Positions 52,101 to 63,125 of a DNA stretch of 64,000 nucleotides are shown here, one piece after another. The notes beneath the pieces are model-generated. The model saw nothing but the letters and a program-made list of their open reading frames with translations, was not told where the DNA came from and searched no databases. Source of the DNA: Parasitella parasitica NRRL 2501 (Eukaryota > Fungi > Mucoromycota); the NCBI GenBank assembly GCA_025201805.1, contig MU619237.1:124001-188000 (forward strand), read 5' to 3'. The translations under genes were made by a program, and so were the position numbers. How positions within the stretch are numbered: position 1 is the stretch's first letter; every line of letters starts with the position of its first letter.

Positions 52101-52362
52101 CCAATGTCAATATTACTTTCAACAATCTTCACGAAAAGAGAAGAGCTGAAGAATTTTATCAGCAACAGCTCATGATGCAACGTCAACAGCAGCAACAGCA
52201 GCAACAGCAGCAACAGCAAATACAGCAACAGCAGCAATTGCAACAACAGCAGCAACAGCAAATGCAGCAACAGCAAATGCAGCAACAGCAAATGCAGCAA
52301 CAGCAAATGCAGCAACAGCAAATGCAGCAACAGCAGCAATTACAACAACAGCAAATGCAAAT

Positions 52363-52399
<37 letters not shown>

Positions 52400-53327
52400 T
52401 ATCAGCAAGAGCATAGGATATCTGAGCAGAAGCAAATACCCACTTTTCTGGATAACAACAATATAATGGCAAACAACTCCCCTAGACATATTCCTTCACC
52501 TTCCCTTCAATCAATGCAAGAAAAGGTATTGCTAAAATCACCCCAGAGTCAACAATGGCAATCGGATCAAGCGTCTGAACATAGTGAGATGGTAGAAAAG
52601 AAGAACGCCCCTGATGTTCGAGTGGAAGCACAGAACTTTTTTGGCGAATTTCTTCGTAAAGCGGCTTCATCTACTCAGCAGCAAGAGATGTCACCAAAGA
52701 GAGATGAGCAACTTCCTCAGCCTGCTGGTAAAGTATGACTTGATTGATTTCTCACCTGAATGCTAATTGTTGTTTGCAGTGTCCACCTCTTTGCCTTTCC
52801 AAGATCCTGCCATCATGTCTGTTCATTTGGCTAATAACGAAATGCCCAATAACGATATCATTCGCTCTCAAAATACAATTCTTCAAATTTTGGGTGGTCA
52901 GCCACCACCAATGATGACATTGGAGCAACAGCAACAGATGCATCAGCAACAACAGTTTCATCAACAACAGAGACAAATGGACCCTAGATTTGCCATGGAA
53001 CAGCAACAACAACAGGGGAGAATAAATTTCAACGAAGCATCACCCAAGAACTTCAATGGCATGTTTATGGGCCCTCCTCCTCCTCAGCAGCAGCAGCAGC
53101 AACCGTTATTTCATCAGCAGGGTCCTCCTCCTCCATCCAACTTTATGAATGGATTTAGAGATGCACCCCCAATGAATATGACGAGTCGTATGGCCCCTCC
53201 ACCTCCACCGGGAATGATGAGGCCACCTATGCCACCTCTTGGAGACATGAGATTTAGAAATATGAATGGTCAACACCCACTTCCCCCACCTGGTATGTTT
53301 TCCTCTGTAAATGAAGATCGCCAATAA
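49200..53327 (+). CDS. NOT4: CCR4-NOT E3 ubiquitin ligase Not4 (C4C4 RING, RRM, CCCH finger, long P/Q-rich IDR)
   Basis: CPLCMEELDIADRNFRPCPCGYQICRFCWHHIKTNLNGRCPACRRLY; LSNVRVVQKNLVYVLGL; RASYGTTKYCTYYLRHMACPNPNCMYLHE. Confidence 0.97.
52158..52410 (+). repeat. Coding polyglutamine tract with (MQQQQ)n 15-nt periodicity
   Basis: ATGCAGCAACAGCAA repeated in tandem within CAG/CAA runs. Confidence 0.95.
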
Positions 53328-53413
53328 TTTATTCTTGTAATTTCCTTTCAATATTACGCCATTGTCACAAACATAATACACCTGTAAACCCCTTTTTCTG
53401 TTAAATACACATT

Positions 53414-54235
53414 TTATTTGTTAACAAAATTCATGCTGTAACCGCCGCTTCCTTTGGGATCTTGTTGGAACTGAAAGTTATCAGTTGATAGGCCAAATTT
53501 GCCCAAGATCGTGTTGCCCAGGTCCTTTAATTTTCCAATCATTTCCTCCTTTTCTTTTTCTGTTTTATCTTTAATTCTCCCGGGCAGCTCTCTCTCTGCT
53601 CGTTGACATTCACGCAGGGTATAGGCATCTTTCGCTTCTCGCCTCAGTTTTTTGTAATCCTCCAAAGACTCGGACAAAGCTGTTGAGGTATTAATTTTTT
53701 CATTCACCTGTGCCCTCCGAAGTAACGCTTTCAGGTACTTTGGATCTAATGTCAATGCCTGGGTGCACATATCACGAGCTTCTTTATATTCGTTCTGCTT
53801 CATATGGCAGGCAGCTATATTTCCAAAATAGACGGCTCTATCTTTGGGTAGGGACAAAGGGCAGGTCGTCAAGGCATTTTCGTATTCTGCAATGGCTCTG
53901 GTGTATTCTGCTTGGCCAAAATAAGTGTTGCCCTTTGACTTGTATTCTGCAGCTTCTTTTATTAATCTCTGGAAATGGGTGAGCTTGGCTGATAAACGTA
54001 AGCAGTTTAATGTATTAGACGTACCTGCAGCTCATCAGCTTGATACTCTTCGCTATCAAAGAATACATCGCCCTCAGAATCCGCCTCTGCTACCTTGCTT
54101 GCTTCAAGAGTCTCGTCAATCTTTTCTTCGGCAACAGCTAAGCAGAGGGAATAAGTTAAAATTCATCCGAAGGTTCTCATATTAAATACCTTTTGGAGCT
54201 ACTGATTCTTCGATTATCTCCTCAATTATAGCCAT
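53414..54235 (-). CDS. TTC1: Tetratricopeptide repeat protein 1 (TTC1)-like
   Basis: TPR motifs (KSKGNTYF...AIAEY; YFGNIAACHMK; YLKALLRRAQ) and the characteristic C-terminus MIGKLKDLGNTILGKFGLSTDNFQFQQDP...GYSMNFV. Confidence 0.88.
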
Positions 54236-54999
54236 ACTTTTTTGAAAAATAATAAAAGAGACAAAAAAGTTGGCTTAAAAAATACATCGATATTTGAACT
54301 TGCATACACCATTTGAAAATCAGATATATCACACAGAAAACTTTGAAGGCAGTTTTTGACATGGAATCTTCCAACGTTCACACATTTCAAACATGTCCCA
54401 ACGCTGGTCGTTTTATATCATGCGAATTTTGATTTACAATAGGATTCCAACCGAGATTTTTAGTACTTAGACCTATGCTTTGCCTTTTATCATGAGCAAC
54501 GAGCAAAAGTAGAAGAAATGTTATGTAACAATTCAAGAACAAATTGATTACAGAAAGTGGTACTGCTACTCTATTGCTCCATATCGAGAAAACTTTACAA
54601 GTTTGCATGGGCTTGTTAACAGAGTGACAAGGTAAAAATTCAGTTCTAAACTTGAAGAAAACAGGCATGATTAGGGCTATCTGATAAGCACTTGACTTCC
54701 ACTGTGGGACATGTGTATCAAAATGTATTGTGCATCTTTGGCCGAAAGTGGTTTATTATCCTTTAGTAAACCTGCTAAAGTCTTTTTTCATCAGAAGGGG
54801 CATACGATCTTTTGTTCTTTCTAAAATCAAAGGCTATCAAAAGCCATAGAAGAAAATTTGTATTTCAAAATTCTAAAAATGATTTTAATTTTAATGGGCA
54901 ATATCGAAAATTTCATTTTCTTTGATATTCTGAATCAAGCTGTCAAAATGGCAACGCATGTGATAACTGTGCATAAGGCTGCACATGGCACCACGCAAG

Positions 55000-56344
55000 C
55001 TACTCTCCTCGAACGTCCTCGTCTTTGTTTTCTTTGGTGGAAAGGGTATTCTTGAGGGTTGATGTATAGTACCACATGTCAATCTCTTTCGGAACGTCAG
55101 CAGCTGGAAGAGCATTGCTTTCAGGCACACTTGAAACTGTAACATTTGATAACTCGCATTTGTAAGGGGATTCATTGACAGACAGATTGATTCTATCAAC
55201 ACGCCGTGTTAGCTTTTGACAAAGTGAATTTTGACCAATACTTACGTTTGGATACCTTGTCTTGGTGTTGTTCCGTTGATTAGAAGCTTCCAGTGATGAT
55301 GTGTTTCGAGAACAATATCGGTAGCGAATGCCTGGTGAGTGAATGGGTCAATATTATGCAACGCATTCTGTAACGTTTACTGATGTTTTACCTTATTTTT
55401 TGCTTCCCCATCAAATGCAATCTGATTTTCTTTTTTTCCCTGAGGGAGCTTGTATACTTTGAAGAGTGTGTTTGTCGATTTCAAATAACCTGGCATGTAG
55501 GTCTCAACATCTTCAATGTCTTATCATGAAGATCTGTTAGCTTTTGTAATGATTCTCCGTGTATTATGACTTTTACCATTGATATCCTCAAATAATGGAT
55601 CGTTCACATCAATCACAATTACTTTCCAATCAGTTTCGCCTTGATCCAAGAGACCAAGGATGCCCAAAATCTTGACTTGCTTTATTTGTCCTACAGTGCC
55701 AACACTAGAGCCGATTTCAATTACATCGATGGGATCATTATCGCCTTTCATGTTGGTGTGTGGTGAGATGAAGTTAGGGTCTTCCCATGTCTACGCAGTA
55801 TACGTTTAATGAGCAAACGAGGATATGTAAGTGTCCTTATCTATTTACCTGGGGGAAAGCGCCGTAATTCCAAATGTAACCTTTGAATGGATATATGTTT
55901 GGAATAAATCTTGGGCTTCCATCCAGAAGATCTTGTATAATTGGGTTTAAAGGAGTTTCCTTGTTGATCTAACAACAGAGATATTTTAGCTTATGTAGTT
56001 GATTGGTGGCATTCATTCTACCTCGTTTTTAGCATTAGTCCATCTCGGTATTTCGACAACCATGTTATACAAGGTCTTTTCATTGTTGGCAAACAATGGG
56101 ATGTCATGAAATGCAGATATGGCATGGCCATCCTTTTCTGTGATAAAGTGAGTATACGCTTGTTTGTTTGTTGACTTGGATTTGAAATGTTACCATAGTA
56201 AACCTTATAGTCAACTGTGTTAGGAGCACCTATTGTTCGAATTGTAATTCCATCAGCAGTATTGTTTGTAGCCATCACAAAAGGCGCCATTGAGCCAAAG
56301 AAAAGTGAACAAACAAAAGTGGAAGACACTGTACTAAATTTCAT
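55000..56344 (-). CDS. Family I inorganic pyrophosphatase (Ipp1-like) with predicted N-terminal signal peptide
   Basis: ISAFHDIPL; [13 protein letters not shown]; NPIIQD; [16 protein letters not shown]; [12 protein letters not shown]; [15 protein letters not shown]; YKLPQGK. The last exon splices in frame to TAG at 55002-55000. TATAAAA lies about 70 nt upstream of the ATG. Confidence 0.93.
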
Positions 56345-57588
56345 GTTTAAACAAATACAGCCAAGAGTAAAAAACAATAAGAAAAGAAAAGGATTTCTTT
56401 ATGATGTGCTATTTTTATAAGCAGTTGCCTCTAACTCTCTCCTTGACAATGTTCATGTACACTCCGAGTATTGTTTCTGATTACTGCTTATAGTAAAGAC
56501 TTTTTTTGTCCTATATTTTTAGACCTGACGTTTCCAAATGATGAATATATGAACACAAATAAGGCCCGTAATGACACATTTAACTCATCAGTCGTATTTT
56601 ATCCATCAAACAAACAATATGGCGAATAAAAGTGTTGGGTCAGTTTGTTGTTCTCAAATTCAACAAACATGCAAATTAGTGTAACTTGCAGTCAAAAACA
56701 ACATGATTCTCCTTTATGAACAGCACATCCGAATATTCTTTTTATTTGTTGCTCTCCTTGTTCCATACACTGTGAAACACACGCCCTAATCAGGCAAATA
56801 AATAGTCAGCTTGATTTTTGCTCTCAAATAGCTGGCCAACCTTATTTTAATGCGGACGCATGACCCTCAAAATGTCTGTTGCAAGATGTTTTTTTTTAGC
56901 ATGTCTCAAGTAAATAAACCTCTTTGCCACCTTTCATATGTGCATTCAGAGCAAAACCTCCATCATTTATTGTAAAAAAATCTGCAAAGCACAGTCATAA
57001 TTATAACTGTTACAATAAACAAAGCATTCAAAGGAAAAGCTTCATATTGAGGTTAGCTTGAAGTCATTGGAAGACTAGCACCTTGCCAGATCTTGATGGA
57101 CTATTTTCTTGATTATGGTATCTCTTGAGCAACTTTTCAGACAGCACAGGAAGAATACCATGAAATTAATATTTAACAAATATTTAAAGTATCCGTAATA
57201 AGCCATGTCAAGTGTGAGGCGGGAGAAAATATAAAGAAATTAAAAAGAAACAAGAGTAGTATATACTCTATACCACCGATAAGTTGCGTCGTACGCGGAA
57301 ATCTGAGTATTATGCTGAGGAGTGAAATTTAATAAGTCAATGCTGAACAGTCGTTGAAGAGGTTCTACTTGTTGATTGAATTTGACATGTATTCAATGTA
57401 GAACCCAATAATATACAACAAGATGAAGGTAAAGTAGAGGCTTTGATAATACCATTTTATTTTTGCATATCGTTAGATAAGGCTGAAACGGTTGAAAACT
57501 TTGCATTTACCAAAAAACAAAAGAAAGAGAAGTGACGCCAAATGACAAAGTTAGAACAGAATTGTCTGCATTGAAGAAGTAAAAACGA

Positions 57589-57918
57589 TGTAGACGTGGT
57601 TCGGTAGAACACTTGCGTATTGAAAATAAGGATTGCCCTTTATATCAAAAACGTAAATCAGTGCAAGATGGTTATTATTACAGCCAGAACACTTTTGCTT
57701 TATTTATACACTACCATATACGCCACTTACTGAAAGAGAAGACCGAAATTCCACAATCAAAAAACTACTTGTATACACCCTTCATATCAAACAGCCTAAC
57801 TATAAAAAATGTGTGTTTGGAGGTCAAAATTGACCTGGAGCAGATTATGTCGAGGTTGAAGCTTGGGCATAATAGGCTTAAATTTCTCTGCTATACCTTT
57901 CCTTCGTCTTCTGTTTAG
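57589..57918 (+). pseudogene. Decayed transposon-derived ORF fragment (zinc knuckle plus helical segment; possibly Fanzor1 N-terminus)
   Basis: CRRGSVEHLRIENKDCPLY is a degenerate CxCGSxxHxRxxxxxCP knuckle preceded by an in-frame TAA. It is followed by FALFIHYHIRHLLKEKTEIPQSKNYLYTPF. No ATG and no downstream catalytic domain seen. Confidence 0.4.
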
Positions 57919-58624
57919 CTTCGCTTCAATTCCTTCTACTTTTGCCTATCATCTCCTTTGTTTTTGTCTTACCTTGCCTTTCCTTTTGGAAATATCCTCT
58001 ATGTATATCGGATTGTTTATAACTTATTTCTGGATGTAATAGGATCTGAGCTAACTTATATGAATATCATTCTATATATTATTGTTTGACATTTGCCATT
58101 CATTACTGGTAAATGACGGGTAACTTACTTATCACATCTTGGATTAAGACTACATTTCATCGTTACTATCCGAGTACAAATTCAGCAACACATTCGTTAG
58201 GTCAAGCTGACCTGAAGTTGGTGTTTAATAAGTCTGAATGTCTACAATTTTGATCCTATAAACCGAAGGACGAAAAATCGCAGATTCGTTTCGGTCGAGA
58301 AAAGATTTTGCTTTTTTACAGAGATAGTTGATATACAGCCGTGAAGAACATATGGGGTTGTATTTATTAATTTAATTAATCGGTTATTTGAGTTTATACG
58401 TTTCTATCTGCTCCAAATGGAGATGCTTCTTTCTAGAAAGTTTCAAGAAGCTACCATTTCAAGCTTGAAATTTGATAGTGTAAAAATATATATTGATGAT
58501 AGTACTGTAACCTACATGGCTCAATGCAAAAAAAAATTTGACGTAAAATAATTAATGAGTATATTGTAAATTCGTGATATTTTCTTGGGATATTTAATAG
58601 CAAAGATTTGATGCATGATTTGAG

Positions 58625-58920
58625 ATCGAATGGCAACATGCTGCTGAGCTTGAATTTACCACTGCAAATATAAGCCTTTAGCAGTGAACCATCTATCTTC
58701 AATTGAAGAGCAAACATGAACTCCACAAGCAATCGGGTTATGTCTTGATATGAATCAATAACCAAGATTTTGTGAAATATTATTTTAAAAACTATTTTTA
58801 TGTAGCTTTATGCTTCGGTTAAAATAAATGCCACTTAATTATGACCATCACCTTTGTCCCCGCTTAAAAGTATAATCTCCAATCTCTGATATCTTTACAA
58901 ACCATTAAGCGATAGAGGCA
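58625..58920. repeat. Diverged direct repeat, copy 1 (copy 2 at +1453 bp)
   Basis: Anchors CTGCTGAG (58641/60094), TTCAATTGA (58698/60151) and the exact 23-mer CAATCTCTGATATCTTTACAAAC (58880/60333), all offset by 1453. Confidence 0.85.
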
Positions 58921-60077
58921 CAACCTTCAGCCAAAGTCTTCTTTTTTTGCAGCATTTTACAACATATCCAAGTTTTATGAACCTCTTGCCATTTTCAGAT
59001 TTTGCTATGTTAGGACCCCAAACCTCAGATTCGATTTTCAGTTTTCAACTTTGGGTCAACCTTCAGGGTCATTTTTAGGTACGGATTTGGGGTCCAAGCC
59101 AAGTATACATCTAAGTAGTGGTATGATAACTGTAACTCACCACGTCTCCCGATTGTCGATATCTATCTTTGCTGTCAAGATATTCCCAAACCCAAATTTT
59201 GCAGATTTTCCAAATTTTACAGCATATGTTCCTATAGCAAGTACCAAATTTTGCAATTAAATTATGTTTAGGTTCCTAAGTAAATTAATAGAAAATGCTT
59301 TGCTACACCTACTGGTATTAAATATGTCAAAATGAAGCTTGAATTCGACAAGCTTCAGCAAATTTTGACATTTTACGTTATACTTTGTCCGCTTTTTTCT
59401 CAACAGACTACTAAGACACTTTAGCTTGAGCTATTATTAAGATCTTTTTGAAAATTGATTCTCTATTAGATGTATTAGTTTTTAGATAGATATTTAGAAA
59501 AAAATATTTTTTCATATGTTTTTAGCAGAAGCTTATTTTATTTTCATAACTTTCAGAGCAATAAATGGTAAATAAAGATACATGATATAGCAATACTAAA
59601 TTGGAGCTACAAAATAGCTACCAAATGGTTTTTGTTTGGTCAAAAAATAGCAATTTTTGAGCGAGATAATGGCGAAAAACAGTGTGGTTTTTTTACCCTT
59701 TTGAATGGCTTCATTTTGGCCCTCTAAGTATAGGGCCCGAAAATCGTTGATTCATTTTGGTCGAGACAAGATTTTGATTTTTGGCAGAAATAATAAAGCT
59801 ACAGTTATAAATAAAATATTGACGTGTAGGTATTGACATGATGGTTTGTTTGATTAACTTTATAGAGCTAAATGTTTTCAAAATATGCTTCCTTTCACTC
59901 AAAAAGTATCAAAAAAGGCGTTTTTTGAATATTTAAAAATTGGTAATAATAAAAAGTGTTTCAATAGACTTATAATCTATACGGTTAGATGCAGAATTTA
60001 TTTCTGTTATAAAACACGTAGTACGTATATCCGATATACCTATTAAATTCTTGAGATATCTAGCGAAACTCGTTTGG

Positions 60078-60370
60078 GCCAAATGGAAACACACTGCTGA
60101 GATTCAATCTGCCGCCTATTTTGTAGCTGTAGATGAGGGCACCAACTATTTTCAATTGAGGAGTAAAGCATGACTCTAATAGGTAACTTGGGTATGTCTC
60201 AACATAAATCGATATCTGAGATGCTGTATAATACGGGCTCAAAAACCATTTTTGTATGCCTTCATTTTTGGATGAAATAATTACCACCAAATCTAAAATA
60301 TTACCTCTTTTCCCGCTTAAAGTCCTATAATGCAATCTCTGATATCTTTACAAACTAATAAATGATAGAC
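60078..60370. repeat. Diverged direct repeat, copy 2
   Basis: See copy 1 at 58625-58920; three anchors at an identical offset. Confidence 0.85.
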
Positions 60371-61057
60371 ACTATTATTGCTTAGTCCTTAATCTTCCAT
60401 TTCAAGTGTTTATAAACCACGACGCTCATATTCTGAAGTTTTTCATAGTAGTAAAGGTCTTTAGATCATATGCGTTTCTAGCTTTTCGACGGCACCAGCA
60501 AGTTACACGATTTTATGTAACGTCAGGTCTAGCGACTACTCGTATTTTGATTAGATTATACTAACGCTGCGTATGTGAAAAAGATGAGTATGCATTTGTA
60601 TGCTGTCATTGGTGAGATGACAAGTAAAACCAAAGTGTGTGTGTGTAAAAGATAAACGTTTAGCCTTTACAAATATGCGAGTTGTGTTACTATACTTTTA
60701 CATGAATTGTGGATGCAATGCTGCTTGCTTGCATTCACAACTTGTTGTATATCCAGCAGGCGGTATTCATACTGCTGGTATGCAGTTGTAGGATGCTTTG
60801 GATGCCATAGATATACCCTTTGTTTTGACGTTCAAAACGAAAGCAAAACTATTGGACTGTCTAGTCAAATTTTCTTACCTTAAACGTTTAAAAGCACTGT
60901 ATGATAAAACCTTATTTCGTTTAGCCGATGGTGATTGATAGGCTTGCAATGATGTCAAATCAAACGCATTAGACAGCAGTTTTTTCCCCACATTATTTTG
61001 ACACGGTGGATTTAGAAAATATAGCTCTCTCGGGAAAAAATAACAAAACAGCAAACA

Positions 61058-61065
61058 TATAAAAA
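61058..61065 (+). promoter_or_regulatory. Candidate TATA box of malate synthase
   Basis: TATAAAAA about 60 nt upstream of ATG 61120. Confidence 0.45.
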
Positions 61066-61119
61066 GGGATGCAGTCAGTTTGGCTGATTCGCCTTCTTTC
61101 CATCCATTAAACATCAAAA

Positions 61120-62887
61120 ATGTCTTTGAATAACATGAACAACAATTCTTCATGCGCCGTTGAAGGCGTCAGCATTTTGGGCTCCTTCAATCAAGAGCAA
61201 GCGCAAATATTGTCCACAGACGCAATGAGGTTTATTGCGACTCTCCAGCGTACATTTAATGCTACTAGAAAGGACCTGCTGCACAGACGAGACCTTCGCC
61301 AAAGAGAGATTGATCGAGGCGTGCTGCCCGACTTCTTGCCTGAAACAGCTTATATTCGAGATGATCCTAACTGGAGAGCTGCAAAACCTGCACCCGGGCT
61401 GCAAGATCGTCGAGTTGAGATCACTGGGCCTGTCGATCGCAAAATGGTCATCAACGCTCTGAATTCAGACGCTTTGACTTACATGGCTGATTTTGAAGGT
61501 AAAAGTAAAATTGAGACCGCAAATATGCTCCACCTGATATTAACCAACAAATGGTGCAGATTCAACCTCTCCCACCTGGGACAACGTGCTCAATGGTCAG
61601 CTCAACTTGCGCGATGCTGTCAACGGAACAATCTCATTCACAAACCCTGCTGGCAAGAAATACCGACTGAATGAGAATCCTGCTACGTTGATTGTAAGAC
61701 CCAGAGGATGGCACATGCTGGAAAAGCACATTCTCGTTGATGGAGAGCCCATGTCTGCCTCCATCTTTGATTTTGGTCTCTTCTTTTTTCACAATGCAAA
61801 GAGCCAGATTAAAAATGGCTTAGGCCCCTACTTTTACCTGCCTAAAATGGAGTCGCATCTGGAGGCAAGGTATGTTGATAAGGCAGCTATTCACATTTAA
61901 AGACATGGCGCCTAAGAAAAATGCATTAGGCTATGGAACGATATTTTCAATTCGTCCCAGGATATGTTGAATATCCCACGTGGCACTATTCGCGGCACTG
62001 TATTGATTGAAACCATACTGGCGGCCTTTGAGATGGACGAAATTATATACGAGCTGAGAGAACATTCCTCTGGTTTGAACTGCGGCCGTTGGGATTACAT
62101 CTTTAGTTTTATCAAAAAGTTCCGTCAGTATCCACAGTATGTCCTGCCTGACCGTGCTGATGTGTCCATGACGGTGCCCTTTATGAGCGCCTACGTCAAT
62201 CTTTTGATCCAAACCTGCCATAAACGCGGCGTTCATGCCATGGGTGGTATGGCCGCGCAGATACCCATTAAAAATAATGTTCAAGCCAACAACACTGCCA
62301 TGGAAAAAGTAAAGGCTGATAAACTGCGCGAGGTTACTGCTGGCCACGATGGCACCTGGGTCGCTCACCCGGATCTTGTTAAAATTGCTCTTGAAATCTT
62401 CAACGAACACATGCCTCAGCCCAATCAGCTATTCAAGAGACGCCAAGATGTATCTGTCACGCAAAGGGATCTTTTGAACATTGATTTCCAAGGCAAGATC
62501 ACTGAACACGGCATCCGTGACAACATCCAGATAGGCCTAATCTACATGGAGTCTTGGCTGCGAGGAAGCGGCTGCGTGCCAATTCATCATTTGATGGAGG
62601 ATTGTGCAACGTACGAAATTAGCAGGTCTCAATTGTGGCAATGGGCTCACCATCAATCTGTAACTGCAGAAGGCAGAAAAATCACAGGCGACTATTGCTT
62701 GCAGGTGCTTGACGAAGAGATCGACCGCATCAAGCAAGAACTGGGTTCCAAGTATGAAACTTCTAAATACGAAGCTGCCAAGGCTGCCTTTGCGACCAAC
62801 ATCACAGGCGAACGATACGACGATTTTGTCACTACCATGCTATACGACGATATTCTCTCGATTCAGTCAACGAAACCTCGCCTATAA
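61120..62887 (+). CDS. MLS1: Malate synthase A (glyoxylate cycle), peroxisomal, 3 exons
   Basis: [21 protein letters not shown]; YMADFED; LIVRPRGWH; [16 protein letters not shown]; [13 protein letters not shown]; [10 protein letters not shown]; [10 protein letters not shown]; C-terminal -PRL (PTS1-like). Confidence 0.98.
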
Positions 62888-63125
62888 AAGCTCTCGTCTC
62901 CTTATATTTCTTTTAATCCTCACCCCCCCCATCCCCCCCACCCCCAACCCCCCTACTAGACATATTATAACCACCCATTCACCCCGATTATAATCTGAGT
63001 GATCGTTATAAATAAACACCTTTGTTTGAAGGACCGGCAGTTATTTTGAGTCTTGTATTGCAAGAGGGATCGACGCCTTTTTCTTTTGGTTTCTTTCCTC
63101 TCCTTATTTTTACCCGTTTGAAATA

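Noticed and set aside
58625-58900. Cytochrome P450-like words (IGDYTFKRG; PFG) in the duplicated segment
   Set aside because: The spacing is wrong, the motifs are interrupted by stops, and there is no haem-binding FxxGxRxCxG.
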